From assembly GCA_964229845.1 (NCBI GenBank), contig CAXREY010000038.1, positions 3,317-67,316 of the forward strand: a stretch of 64,000 nucleotides of DNA. The letters run 5' to 3'. Below the pieces are notes generated by a model. It was not told the origin of the DNA. It searched no databases and worked only from the letters and a program-made list of their open reading frames with translations. A program made the position numbers and the translations under genes. Source of the stretch: Phycisphaerales bacterium UBA1924. GTDB lineage: Bacteria > Planctomycetota > Phycisphaerae > Phycisphaerales > UBA1924. Shown piece after piece: positions 1 to 6,418 of the stretch. Within the stretch, counting starts at the first letter, position 1. Each line of letters begins with the position of its first letter.

Positions 1-89
1 GGCATCCGCCTCGGGCAGATCCCGCCTGTGCACGCCCAGGCACCCTCTGAACCAAACCCACCCCTCCACGCCGCGCCCGATCCCAAGCT

Positions 90-146
90 CCTTCCCCGCC
101 CCAGCGGGGAAGGTGGTCCGCCTCCGGCGGACCGGATGGGGTCTCC
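90..146 (-). repeat. REP-like composite palindromic element, family 1, copy A (reverse orientation)
   Basis: CCTTCCCC-gccccagc-GGGGAAGG hairpin, then GGTCCGCC-tcc-GGCGGACC hairpin, then GGATGGGGTCTC flank. The same three-part layout occurs at 245, 6311, 9654, 23197, 24010, 37124 and 40055. Confidence 0.7.
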
Positions 147-185
147 AACCCCCGCCCTCCCTCACGCACACGAGACCAAAGAGGC

Positions 186-245
186 CTCCCCCTCTTGTCC
201 CTCCCCCTCTTGTGCTTCCCCCTCTTGTGCCTCCCCCTCTGGTGC
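186..245. repeat. Tandem repeat, 4 x 15 bp (consensus CTCCCCCTCTTGTGC)
   Basis: Read directly: ctccccctcttgtcc / ctccccctcttgtgc / ttccccctcttgtgc / ctccccctctggtgc. It runs straight into REP copy B. Confidence 0.85.
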
Positions 246-305
246 CTCCCCCGCACCCGGCGGGGGAGGTGGGCTCGGCGCAGCCGAGGCCGGAGGGGGT
301 TCTTC
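245..305 (-). repeat. REP-like element, family 1, copy B (reverse orientation)
   Basis: CCTCCCCC-gcacccggc-GGGGGAGG, then GGGCTCGGC-gca-GCCGAGGCC, then GGAGGGGGTTCTTC. Confidence 0.75.
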
Positions 306-325
306 TACACAACCGCACGAACACC

Positions 326-364
326 AAGACCCCCTCCGCTTCGCAGACTCGGCACCTCCCCCCC
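326..364 (+). repeat. REP-like element, family 1, copy C (forward, truncated)
   Basis: AAGACCCCCTCC-gcttcgcagactcggc-ACCTCCCCCC. The central module matches copies at 37170 and 40141. The terminal GGGGGAGG partner is missing. Confidence 0.6.
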
Positions 365-781
365 TCACCGAACCCCTCCTCGAAGACCTACTCAACCCCG
401 CCCTCTCCCCAATCACCATCTGCCAGATCCACAACATCACCCTCGACCAGCTCGACGCCCTCACGCAGAGCGACCAGTACCACCGCACAATCAACCACAT
501 CAAAAACGTCCACGCCGCCCGCCGCGAGGCCATCCACGAAGAACTCCAAACCCAATCCCTCGCCGCCCTCCGCGACATCGTCCAGGACACCACCGAGCAA
601 TCATCCACCGGTGGCACAGGCGTCTCGCCTGTGCGCGCCCACGCGCCTTCCCAACTCCGCGCCTCCGCCTCCGCCACCACCCGCCAACACGCCACCAACG
701 CCCGCCTCCTCGAAACCCGCCGAAAAGCCATCAACACCATCCTCGCCAGCACCAAACCCGATCGGGTACCATCTACACCCA
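361..781 (+). CDS. Coding-like segment with unresolved limits (helical, no family recognised)
   Basis: Frame +1 has strong third-position G/C bias and a non-repetitive peptide (LTEPLLEDLLNPALSPITICQIHNITLDQLDALTQSDQYHRTINHIKNVHAARREAIHEELQTQSLAALRDIVQD). The bias fades near 770. The only in-frame starts are GTG 28 and ATG 136, both in the REP-rich stretch, and there is no in-frame stop before 1920. Confidence 0.3.
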
Positions 782-1387
782 ATGATCAAACGAATCTCCA
801 ACTCCGCGGCCACCATCCCCCTCGCCTGCATCCTCGTACTGATCGGGCTGGCCTCAGCCCTCGCCGCCTCGACGACCTCCGTCGTCCAGTACTACCACTT
901 CATCAACAAGGGACACAACCTGACCGTCCCGACCGAACCGATCACCCTCGAGGTGGAACCCAACACGGAGTACATCATCCAGCACCGGGTCACCGGGACG
1001 CACATCACGACCAACCGACCGCTGCAGGAACTCCCCGAGACCCTGCGCGTCGAGGTCATCGACACCGCGACCGCCGAACCCATCGAGCTCACATCACGCA
1101 ATGGCTTTATGCGTTCCTCATTCTTTGGTCACACCCAGCGCCGCAACGCCATCGCAGACTTCATGACAGGCGACACCCAATCCATCACCGTCTCCGTCTC
1201 CGGCCTCGACGCCGAAACCATCCTCTACATCGGCCCACACTACGAAAACTACGTCGACGGCGTCTTCCCCCTCTACCTGACCTGGATCATCGTCTCGATC
1301 CTGCTCGTCCTCGCCGCCTGCACCGCCATCATCTACCGGATCATCAAAACCACCCCCGACCTCCGGATCATGCACGATCAGGTGTGA
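782..1387 (+). CDS. Hypothetical membrane-anchored protein (N-terminal signal/TM and C-terminal TM helix)
   Basis: ATG at 782 in the frame of ORF 113..1387. Strong GC3 bias starts here. Hydrophobic N-terminus ATIPLACILVLIGLASALAAS and C-terminal helix LTWIIVSILLVLAACTAIIY. No family recognised. Confidence 0.6.
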   Translation: MIKRISNSAATIPLACILVLIGLASALAASTTSVVQYYHFINKGHNLTVPTEPITLEVEPNTEYIIQHRVTGTHITTNRPLQELPETLRVEVIDTATAEPIELTSRNGFMRSSFFGHTQRRNAIADFMTGDTQSITVSVSGLDAETILYIGPHYENYVDGVFPLYLTWIIVSILLVLAACTAIIYRIIKTTPDLRIMHDQV

Positions 1388-1412
1388 TCTCATCACCCCC
1401 ACCAAAAGAACA

Positions 1413-1443
1413 AGCGGGGGAGGCGCGCTCAACCTCCCCCGCT
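1413..1443. terminator. Hairpin between convergent genes (possible bidirectional terminator)
   Basis: AGCGGGGGAGG-cgcgctcaa-CCTCCCCCGCT: 11-bp perfect stem, 9-nt loop. It lies between the stops at 1387 (+) and 1462 (-). No strong T-tract. Confidence 0.45.
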
Positions 1444-1461
1444 CAATCAAATCAGACCGAT

Positions 1462-1878
1462 TCAGTCCACCACACCGATATACCCACCCGGCGTCAAGTC
1501 AAAGCGGACTGCATCGACCAGCGGACCCCGCACGTCGCCGCCGGGCAGCGCCCGCACGACCTGTGCACGATCCAAGCCCTCCGGGACCACGCCGTCCCGA
1601 GGGAACGCTGTCGTGCTGGGAATCAGCAGCAACGCGCAACCCAGCGCCATCCCCATCCCACCAACGATGGGGATGTCACACCGAAGCCGCGTGTGCAGCC
1701 GGATCAGCAGCATGAGCATCACGTTCGCAACACTCACGCCCAGCAAGAACAGCACGAAAGCGCGCACAGCGCCTGCCCCACCAAACACGGCCAAGGCCAA
1801 CCCGGTCACCACCAACCCGATCGCCCCGGCCCAGCAGGCCCCGAGCACACCCATCATCTGCTTCATCTCCCGGTCCAT
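1462..1878 (-). CDS. Small integral membrane protein, hypothetical
   Basis: ORF 1462..1881. I prefer the ATG at 1878 because AAGGAGG lies 6 nt upstream. Predicted helices GVLGACWAGAIGLVVTGLALAVFGG and AFVLFLLGVSVANVMLMLLI. Confidence 0.6.
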   Translation of the reverse strand: MDREMKQMMGVLGACWAGAIGLVVTGLALAVFGGAGAVRAFVLFLLGVSVANVMLMLLIRLHTRLRCDIPIVGGMGMALGCALLLIPSTTAFPRDGVVPEGLDRAQVVRALPGGDVRGPLVDAVRFDLTPGGYIGVVD

Positions 1879-2030
1879 CACGAACCTCCTTACGAAGCCG
1901 GTTCTCCGCCCGACCCATAAGAAGCTACCGACGCCATCGAAGCCAAACCTGAAAAGTGCATGAAAGTCGTTTTAGTGACAACATCGCCGTTTCGCCCACA
2001 CACCCCCGAAATGCCGATATACTCGCTGAA

Positions 2031-2990
2031 ATGGACGAATCCACACCACCAAAGCCCGTCCGAGTCATCGCGCTGATGAACCAAAAAGGCGGCGTAGGAA
2101 AGACGACCACAACCGTCAACCTCGCAGCAGCCATCGCCCAGCAGGGGCGAAGGGTCCTCATCATCGACCTCGACCCCCAGGCACACGCCACCCTCCACGT
2201 CGGCGTCGAAGACAACGAGTCACCCGACTCCGACCCAACCGTCTACGACCTCCTCCTCGACGACGACATCGCCATCACCGACTGCATCCGCACCGTCGAC
2301 GACCACCTCGACATCATCCCCGCCGAGACCGACCTCGCAGCCGTCGAAACCGAGCTCTCGGGCCAGGCAGGCCGGAACCAGCGCCTCGCCAACGCCATCG
2401 CCCGCTCCAGTTCCGACCACGAGTTCATCCTCCTCGACTGCCCCCCGGCCCTCGGCCTGCTCACCCTCAACGCCCTCGCCGCCTCCCAGGAAGTCATCAT
2501 CCCCATGCAGGCCCACTTCCTGGCCCTCCAGGGCGTGAGCAAGCTCCTCGAGACCGTCGGCATCGTCCGCGAGCAGATCAACCCCGCCCTCCGCGTCGCC
2601 GGCATCGTCCTGTGCATGCACGACTCCCAGACCTCGCACTCCAAGGAGGTCGTCTCCGACCTCGAGCAGTTCTTCGAGTCCCAGCGCGACACCGGCACCG
2701 CCTGGGCCAGCGCCCGCGTCTACCACCCGCCCATCCGGCGCAACATCAAGCTCGCCGAGTGCCCCTCCTTCGGGCAGACCATCTTCCAGTACGCCATGTG
2801 GGCCCCCGGCGCCATGGACTACAAGAAGCTGGGCGAGACCATCGTCGCCGAGTGGGACCGGGCATTGGCCGTGGCCAAGTCCAGCGAGCTCAGCGACGCC
2901 GAGATCCGCATCCTCAAAGGCGCCCGCGACTCGATGGAGCGGTACGGCGCGGCCGGGGCGGTCGATGACGCCAGCGGGGTCGAGCCGTGA
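2031..2990 (+). CDS. parA: ParA/Soj-family P-loop ATPase with a C-terminal extension
   Basis: Deviant Walker A NQKGGVGKTTTTVNLAAA, followed by RVLIIDLDPQAHAT. Start taken at ATG 2031 (MDESTPPKPVRVIAL) inside ORF 1956..2990. No parB neighbour. Confidence 0.85.
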   Translation: MDESTPPKPVRVIALMNQKGGVGKTTTTVNLAAAIAQQGRRVLIIDLDPQAHATLHVGVEDNESPDSDPTVYDLLLDDDIAITDCIRTVDDHLDIIPAETDLAAVETELSGQAGRNQRLANAIARSSSDHEFILLDCPPALGLLTLNALAASQEVIIPMQAHFLALQGVSKLLETVGIVREQINPALRVAGIVLCMHDSQTSHSKEVVSDLEQFFESQRDTGTAWASARVYHPPIRRNIKLAECPSFGQTIFQYAMWAPGAMDYKKLGETIVAEWDRALAVAKSSELSDAEIRILKGARDSMERYGAAGAVDDASGVEP

Positions 2991-3382
2991 TCCGCGCCGG
3001 GCGGGCCATGCAGCCCGAGCTCCGCGCGTGGTTCGTCTTCTACACCGCGCTGCTGCTGACGGCGACCCACTGGCCCGGCCTGACGGTGAAGGGGCCGGTG
3101 GACCGCACCGACCTGATCATCCACGTCTGCGCGTTCTGCCTCTGGACCCTGCTGCTGTTCGGGGCGGGGTTGATCCGTGTGTGCGGGCGGTGGGGGCTGG
3201 TCTGGACGGCGGTGGCGGGGCTGTGCTTTGCCGTGCTCGACGAGACGACGCAGCCGCTGTTCAGCCGGGTGTTCGACCTGTGGGATCTGGCGGCCGACTG
3301 CGTGGGCGTGCTGCTCGCGGTCGCCCTGATCGCGGTCTGGCGGCGGATCGCGGGCGGGGCACGGCTGGCGTTGGGCGAATGA
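2987..3382 (+). CDS. VanZ-like family membrane protein
   Basis: 131-aa protein with four hydrophobic helices and an acidic FAVLDETTQ motif typical of VanZ-like proteins. Its GTG overlaps the parA stop (GTGA). ATG 3008 is an alternative start. Confidence 0.6.
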   Translation: MIRAGRAMQPELRAWFVFYTALLLTATHWPGLTVKGPVDRTDLIIHVCAFCLWTLLLFGAGLIRVCGRWGLVWTAVAGLCFAVLDETTQPLFSRVFDLWDLAADCVGVLLAVALIAVWRRIAGGARLALGE

Positions 3383-3396
3383 CGAAAAATTTCGTC
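3381..3396. promoter_or_regulatory. Perfect palindrome GACGAAAAATTTCGTC, candidate BlaI-family operator
   Basis: Read directly; lies 77 nt upstream of the repressor gene start. Confidence 0.45.
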
Positions 3397-3433
3397 AATT
3401 TGTGACATGCGGGGTTGCGTTGCGTCGTGAATT

Positions 3434-3449
3434 GACGAAGATTTTCGTA
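3434..3449. promoter_or_regulatory. Second, imperfect palindrome GACGAAGATTTTCGTA, candidate operator
   Basis: Same GACGAA...TTCGT half-sites as 3381..3396. It lies 24 nt upstream of ATG 3473, and a GGAGG Shine-Dalgarno motif follows. Confidence 0.4.
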
Positions 3450-3472
3450 GACATGGTCTGCGGAGGTGACTG

Positions 3473-3880
3473 ATGGTGAAGAAGAAGCGGTCCAAGAAGG
3501 CGGCGGCGAAGAAGCCGACGGACGCGGAGCTAGCGATCCTGGGGGTGATCTGGGATCTGGGGTCGGCGACGGTGCGTGAGGTGCACGGGGTGCTGAGCGC
3601 CGAGTCCGACACCGGGCAGACGACGGTGCTCAAGCACATGCAGATCATGGTGGAGAAGGGGCTGCTGGAGAAGGACGCGAGCGTGCGGCCGCAGGTGTTC
3701 TCGGCGGCGATCCCGCGTGAGAAGACGCAGGAGCAGATGCTGGGTCATGTGATGGACGGCGCGTTCAGCGGGTCGCCCGGGAACCTGGTGCTTCAGGCGC
3801 TGAGCATGCGTGAGGCGAGCGCGGAGGAGCTGGCGGAGATCCGGCGGATGCTCGATGAGCTGGAGGGGGGTGTGTCATGA
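3473..3880 (+). CDS. BlaI/MecI/CopY-family transcriptional repressor
   Basis: Winged-helix region ELAILGVIWDLGSATVREVHGVL...GQTTVLKHMQIMVEKGLL and a C-terminal dimerisation helix. It overlaps the next gene by ATGA. Confidence 0.85.
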   Translation: MVKKKRSKKAAAKKPTDAELAILGVIWDLGSATVREVHGVLSAESDTGQTTVLKHMQIMVEKGLLEKDASVRPQVFSAAIPREKTQEQMLGHVMDGAFSGSPGNLVLQALSMREASAEELAEIRRMLDELEGGVS

Positions 3881-5688
3881 GCGATGTGCTGATGATCATG
3901 GAGCGGGTCGCGCACGCGCTTGGGCATGCGGTGGTGCAGTCGTTGTGGCAGTGCGCCATTGTCGGTGCGCTGGCTGCGGCGGTGCAGATCGGTATACGTC
4001 GTGCTGCGGCGCGGTACGTGGTCTGGTGCGTGGCGCTCGCGCTGTGCGCTGGGTGGTTCGTGGTGACGCTTGGCTCCGGCTTGCGGCTTGATCGCGGTGT
4101 TGTGGGGGCTCCCGAGCTGGCTGTGCTCGGCTTTGGGGGAACGCCCGCCGGTGCTGCTGAGGCGGGTTCTGGAATGAATGGTGCGCGAGGGCTTGGCGTG
4201 TTCGAGTCCGTCGCGGCGATCTGGGCGCTGGGGTTCGTGTTCGTGGGCGTGCGGTTTGTGCGCCAGTGGGTCGCGGCCACGCGGCTGCGTACGCGCGGTG
4301 CGGTTGAGGCGCGTGGCGTGTGGGCTGCGTTGTACGCGGACGTTCGCGGATCGCTGGGCGTTTCGTCGCGGGTGCGGCTGCTGGTGAGCGATGTGGCGCG
4401 GAGCCCGATGGTGGTGGGGTGGCTGGCCCCGACGGTCGTGGTGCCTGCGAGCGTGCTCACGATGATGAGTCCGGAGCAGGTGCGTCTCGTGCTTGCGCAC
4501 GAGCTTGCGCATATTCGAAGGTATGACCATGTCGTCAACATGCTGCAGGTGTTGATCGAGACGGTCATGTTCTATCACCCGGTGGTCTGGTGGGTTTCCC
4601 GTCAGGCGCGGGTCGAGCGTGAGCACTGCTGCGACGACGCTGCGGTGCGGTGGGGCGGGGACGCGGTGTCGTACGCCCGGGCGCTCACTGATCTTGAAGA
4701 GGTACGGGTTCGGTCGCGGGCGGTGCTTGCGCTGAACTCCCGGTTCCATGGAGGTTCACTCATGAATCGCATACAGAGGTTGTTTGGTGGTTCGGACGCG
4801 CGACGCGGGAGCGGCTCGATGCGGGCGCTCGCGGCGCTGATGGCGGCGGCGGTGATCAGCGGTGCTGCGTACGCGCACTCGGTATGGAACGCGGAGACGC
4901 CGCGTGAGGAGACTGTTGCGGCGGTGCGTGCGGGCGTGGAGTCTGGCGTGATGACACGCGATCAGGCGCGGCGTGTGTTCCTGGAGGTGATCTTCCCGGG
5001 CTCCGAGCTGGAGCGTTCGCTTGAGCGGGAGCGGGCGGCGATCCGTGCCGAGCTCGGGGACGCGAGCATGAGCGAGGCGGATGCGAAGAAGAAGCTTGAG
5101 GTGGTTGAGCAGAGCATCGATACGCGGATTGAGCTTGCGTTCAGGATGCGGGTGCTTGGCATGGAGGAGCACGAGGCGGAGCTGTCGATGTATCAGGAGC
5201 GGCTGGAGCGGCTGGTCCACAGTGGGTGGCTGACGCGCGAGGACGCGGACTGGATGTATCAGGCAAAGATGGATTCGATGAGCCGGGTCCCTGTGGTCGG
5301 CGAGGGGGATCGCGCGGTCACGGAGCGCAAGCGGGCGGTCGCGGTTACCCATGCTGTTCTGCGCGCGATTGAGGTGCAGATCGCGGAGGTCGACGCTTCG
5401 ATCGAGGGCGGCTCCATGGACCCGGGGTCCGGTGAATCGCTCCGTGTGCAGCTTCGGCGTCAGTATGAGCAGAAGAAGCTTCAGCTTATCGAGGCGGAGC
5501 GTGCGCTCGTGGAGCTTCAGTCCGCGCGCGATGCGGAGCAGGGCGTGTTGCAGGAGGTCGAGCTTGAGATCTGGGTCGAGCCGGTGGAGGAGGAGAAGAA
5601 GCTGACGCCGATGGACGATGCGTACTGGATCCATCAGGGGATCCGGCCGTTGGAGGCGTACGACGAGTCGTTTCTTGATGATTGTTGA
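3877..5688 (+). CDS. M56-family (BlaR1-like) membrane metalloprotease sensor with a long coiled-coil C-terminal region
   Basis: HEXXH motif in LAHELAHIRRYDHVVN after four hydrophobic helices. The C-terminal half is rich in E/R/L heptad-like sequence. No penicillin-binding domain was recognised. Confidence 0.8.
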   Translation: MSDVLMIMERVAHALGHAVVQSLWQCAIVGALAAAVQIGIRRAAARYVVWCVALALCAGWFVVTLGSGLRLDRGVVGAPELAVLGFGGTPAGAAEAGSGMNGARGLGVFESVAAIWALGFVFVGVRFVRQWVAATRLRTRGAVEARGVWAALYADVRGSLGVSSRVRLLVSDVARSPMVVGWLAPTVVVPASVLTMMSPEQVRLVLAHELAHIRRYDHVVNMLQVLIETVMFYHPVVWWVSRQARVEREHCCDDAAVRWGGDAVSYARALTDLEEVRVRSRAVLALNSRFHGGSLMNRIQRLFGGSDARRGSGSMRALAALMAAAVISGAAYAHSVWNAETPREETVAAVRAGVESGVMTRDQARRVFLEVIFPGSELERSLERERAAIRAELGDASMSEADAKKKLEVVEQSIDTRIELAFRMRVLGMEEHEAELSMYQERLERLVHSGWLTREDADWMYQAKMDSMSRVPVVGEGDRAVTERKRAVAVTHAVLRAIEVQIAEVDASIEGGSMDPGSGESLRVQLRRQYEQKKLQLIEAERALVELQSARDAEQGVLQEVELEIWVEPVEEEKKLTPMDDAYWIHQGIRPLEAYDESFLDDC

Positions 5689-5701
5689 GGACGAAGAGAA
5701 T

Positions 5702-5724
5702 GCCCGCGGGAGCGGGCGTTTTTT
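5702..5724 (+). terminator. Rho-independent terminator after the M56 gene
   Basis: GCCCGC-ggga-GCGGGC followed by GTTTTTT. Confidence 0.65.
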
Positions 5725-5878
5725 GTGCGCTGATGTTGGGATGGGGACTGAACGCAGAGGGCGCAAAGGACACGCAGAGGCGCAGAGAGGAGGGCGAAGC
5801 GTTGTGGGGGGCCCGCCGTGGTGGATCTACGGCAGGTGGGTGATGGGGGCTGTTGAATGGTCTTGGACGACTGAAGGA

Positions 5879-5923
5879 CATGCAGGAGCCGGGGACGGCA
5901 CCTGCATGGCACCCGGCACCCGG
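5879..5923 (+). repeat. Family 2 element: hairpin plus GCACCCGG tail
   Basis: CATGCAGG-agccggggacggca-CCTGCATG, then GCACCCGG followed by CACCCGG. Confidence 0.7.
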
Positions 5924-5950
5924 CGAGTGCTTGCCATGTGTGTTGAAGAT

Positions 5951-5987
5951 CCTGCTTTGCCCTGGCGGGTCAAAGCAGGGCACCCGG
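5951..5987 (+). repeat. Family 2 element: hairpin plus GCACCCGG tail
   Basis: CCTGCTTTG-ccctggcgggt-CAAAGCAGG, then GCACCCGG. Confidence 0.7.
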
Positions 5988-6103
5988 CAGAGGGCGCAAA
6001 GGTCACGCAGAGGCGCAGTGAAGAGGGGGAGAGTGGTGGGGGGTGCGCTCTGGCGGATTACGGCATATGGGGTCTGTTGATTGGTCTTGTACGACTGTAA
6101 GGA

Positions 6104-6141
6104 CATGCAGGAGCTGGGGGCGGCACCTGCATGGCACCCGG
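6104..6141 (+). repeat. Family 2 element: hairpin plus GCACCCGG tail
   Basis: CATGCAGG-agctgggggcggca-CCTGCATG, then GCACCCGG. Confidence 0.7.
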
Positions 6142-6189
6142 CTAGGGCCGGGGACTCTGTCGTGTTTCGATCCCAGGTTGTGCGGGGGG

Positions 6190-6231
6190 CACGGGTTGTC
6201 AGCATTCTGCTGAGCAACCCGTGGCACCCGG
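6190..6231 (+). repeat. Family 2 element: hairpin plus GCACCCGG tail (3-prime part of the 82-bp insert in unit 2)
   Basis: CACGGGTTG-tcagcattctgctgag-CAACCCGTG, then GCACCCGG. Confidence 0.65.
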
Positions 6232-6256
6232 AGCGTTTGCCATGTGTGTTGAAGAT

Positions 6257-6293
6257 CCTGCTTTGCCCTGGCGGGTCAAAGCAGGGCACCCGG
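6257..6293 (+). repeat. Family 2 element: hairpin plus GCACCCGG tail
   Basis: Identical to 5951..5987. Confidence 0.7.
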
Positions 6294-6310
6294 GTGGGTT
6301 GGTTGTTTGG

Positions 6311-6366
6311 GGGACCCCCTCCGGTCCGCCAGAGGCGGACCGCCTCCCCAGGAAGCCCGGGGGAGG
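6311..6366 (+). repeat. REP-like element, family 1, copy D (forward)
   Basis: GGGACCCCCTCC, then GGTCCGCC-aga-GGCGGACC, then GCCTCCCC-aggaagccc-GGGGGAGG. Confidence 0.75.
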
Positions 6367-6418
6367 AGAGTGGGGGAAATCGTGTGTTTGTGCGGGGGGT
6401 TTGGTCGATTAAGGCAGG

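Larger units (their letters stand above)
5754..6293. repeat. Tandem direct duplication of a roughly 234-bp intergenic unit (unit 1 5754..5987; unit 2 5988..6293, carrying an 82-bp insert)
   Basis: Both units begin CAGAGGGCGCAAAGG(A/T)CACGCAGAGGCGCAG. Both contain GGACATGCAGGAGC..GGCACCTGCATGGCACCCGG and end GCCATGTGTGTTGAAGATCCTGCTTTGCCCTGGCGGGTCAAAGCAGGGCACCCGG. Confidence 0.8.

Noticed and set aside
28-1920. 630-aa ORF spanning the first 1.9 kb.
   Set aside because: Only the part from about 361 to 770 shows coding bias. The rest is Pro/Arg/His-rich. It overlaps better-supported genes in other frames (782..1387 on the plus strand, 1462..1878 on the minus strand). This is a typical open alternate frame of high-GC DNA.
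5754-6293. Possible CRISPR array, because of regularly recurring palindromic repeats. The same question arose for 9044..9085.
   Set aside because: There is no repeat-spacer periodicity of 25-40 bp repeats with unique spacers. The structure is a 234-bp duplication plus unrelated hairpins, the other locus is a pure 7-mer array, and no cas genes are present.
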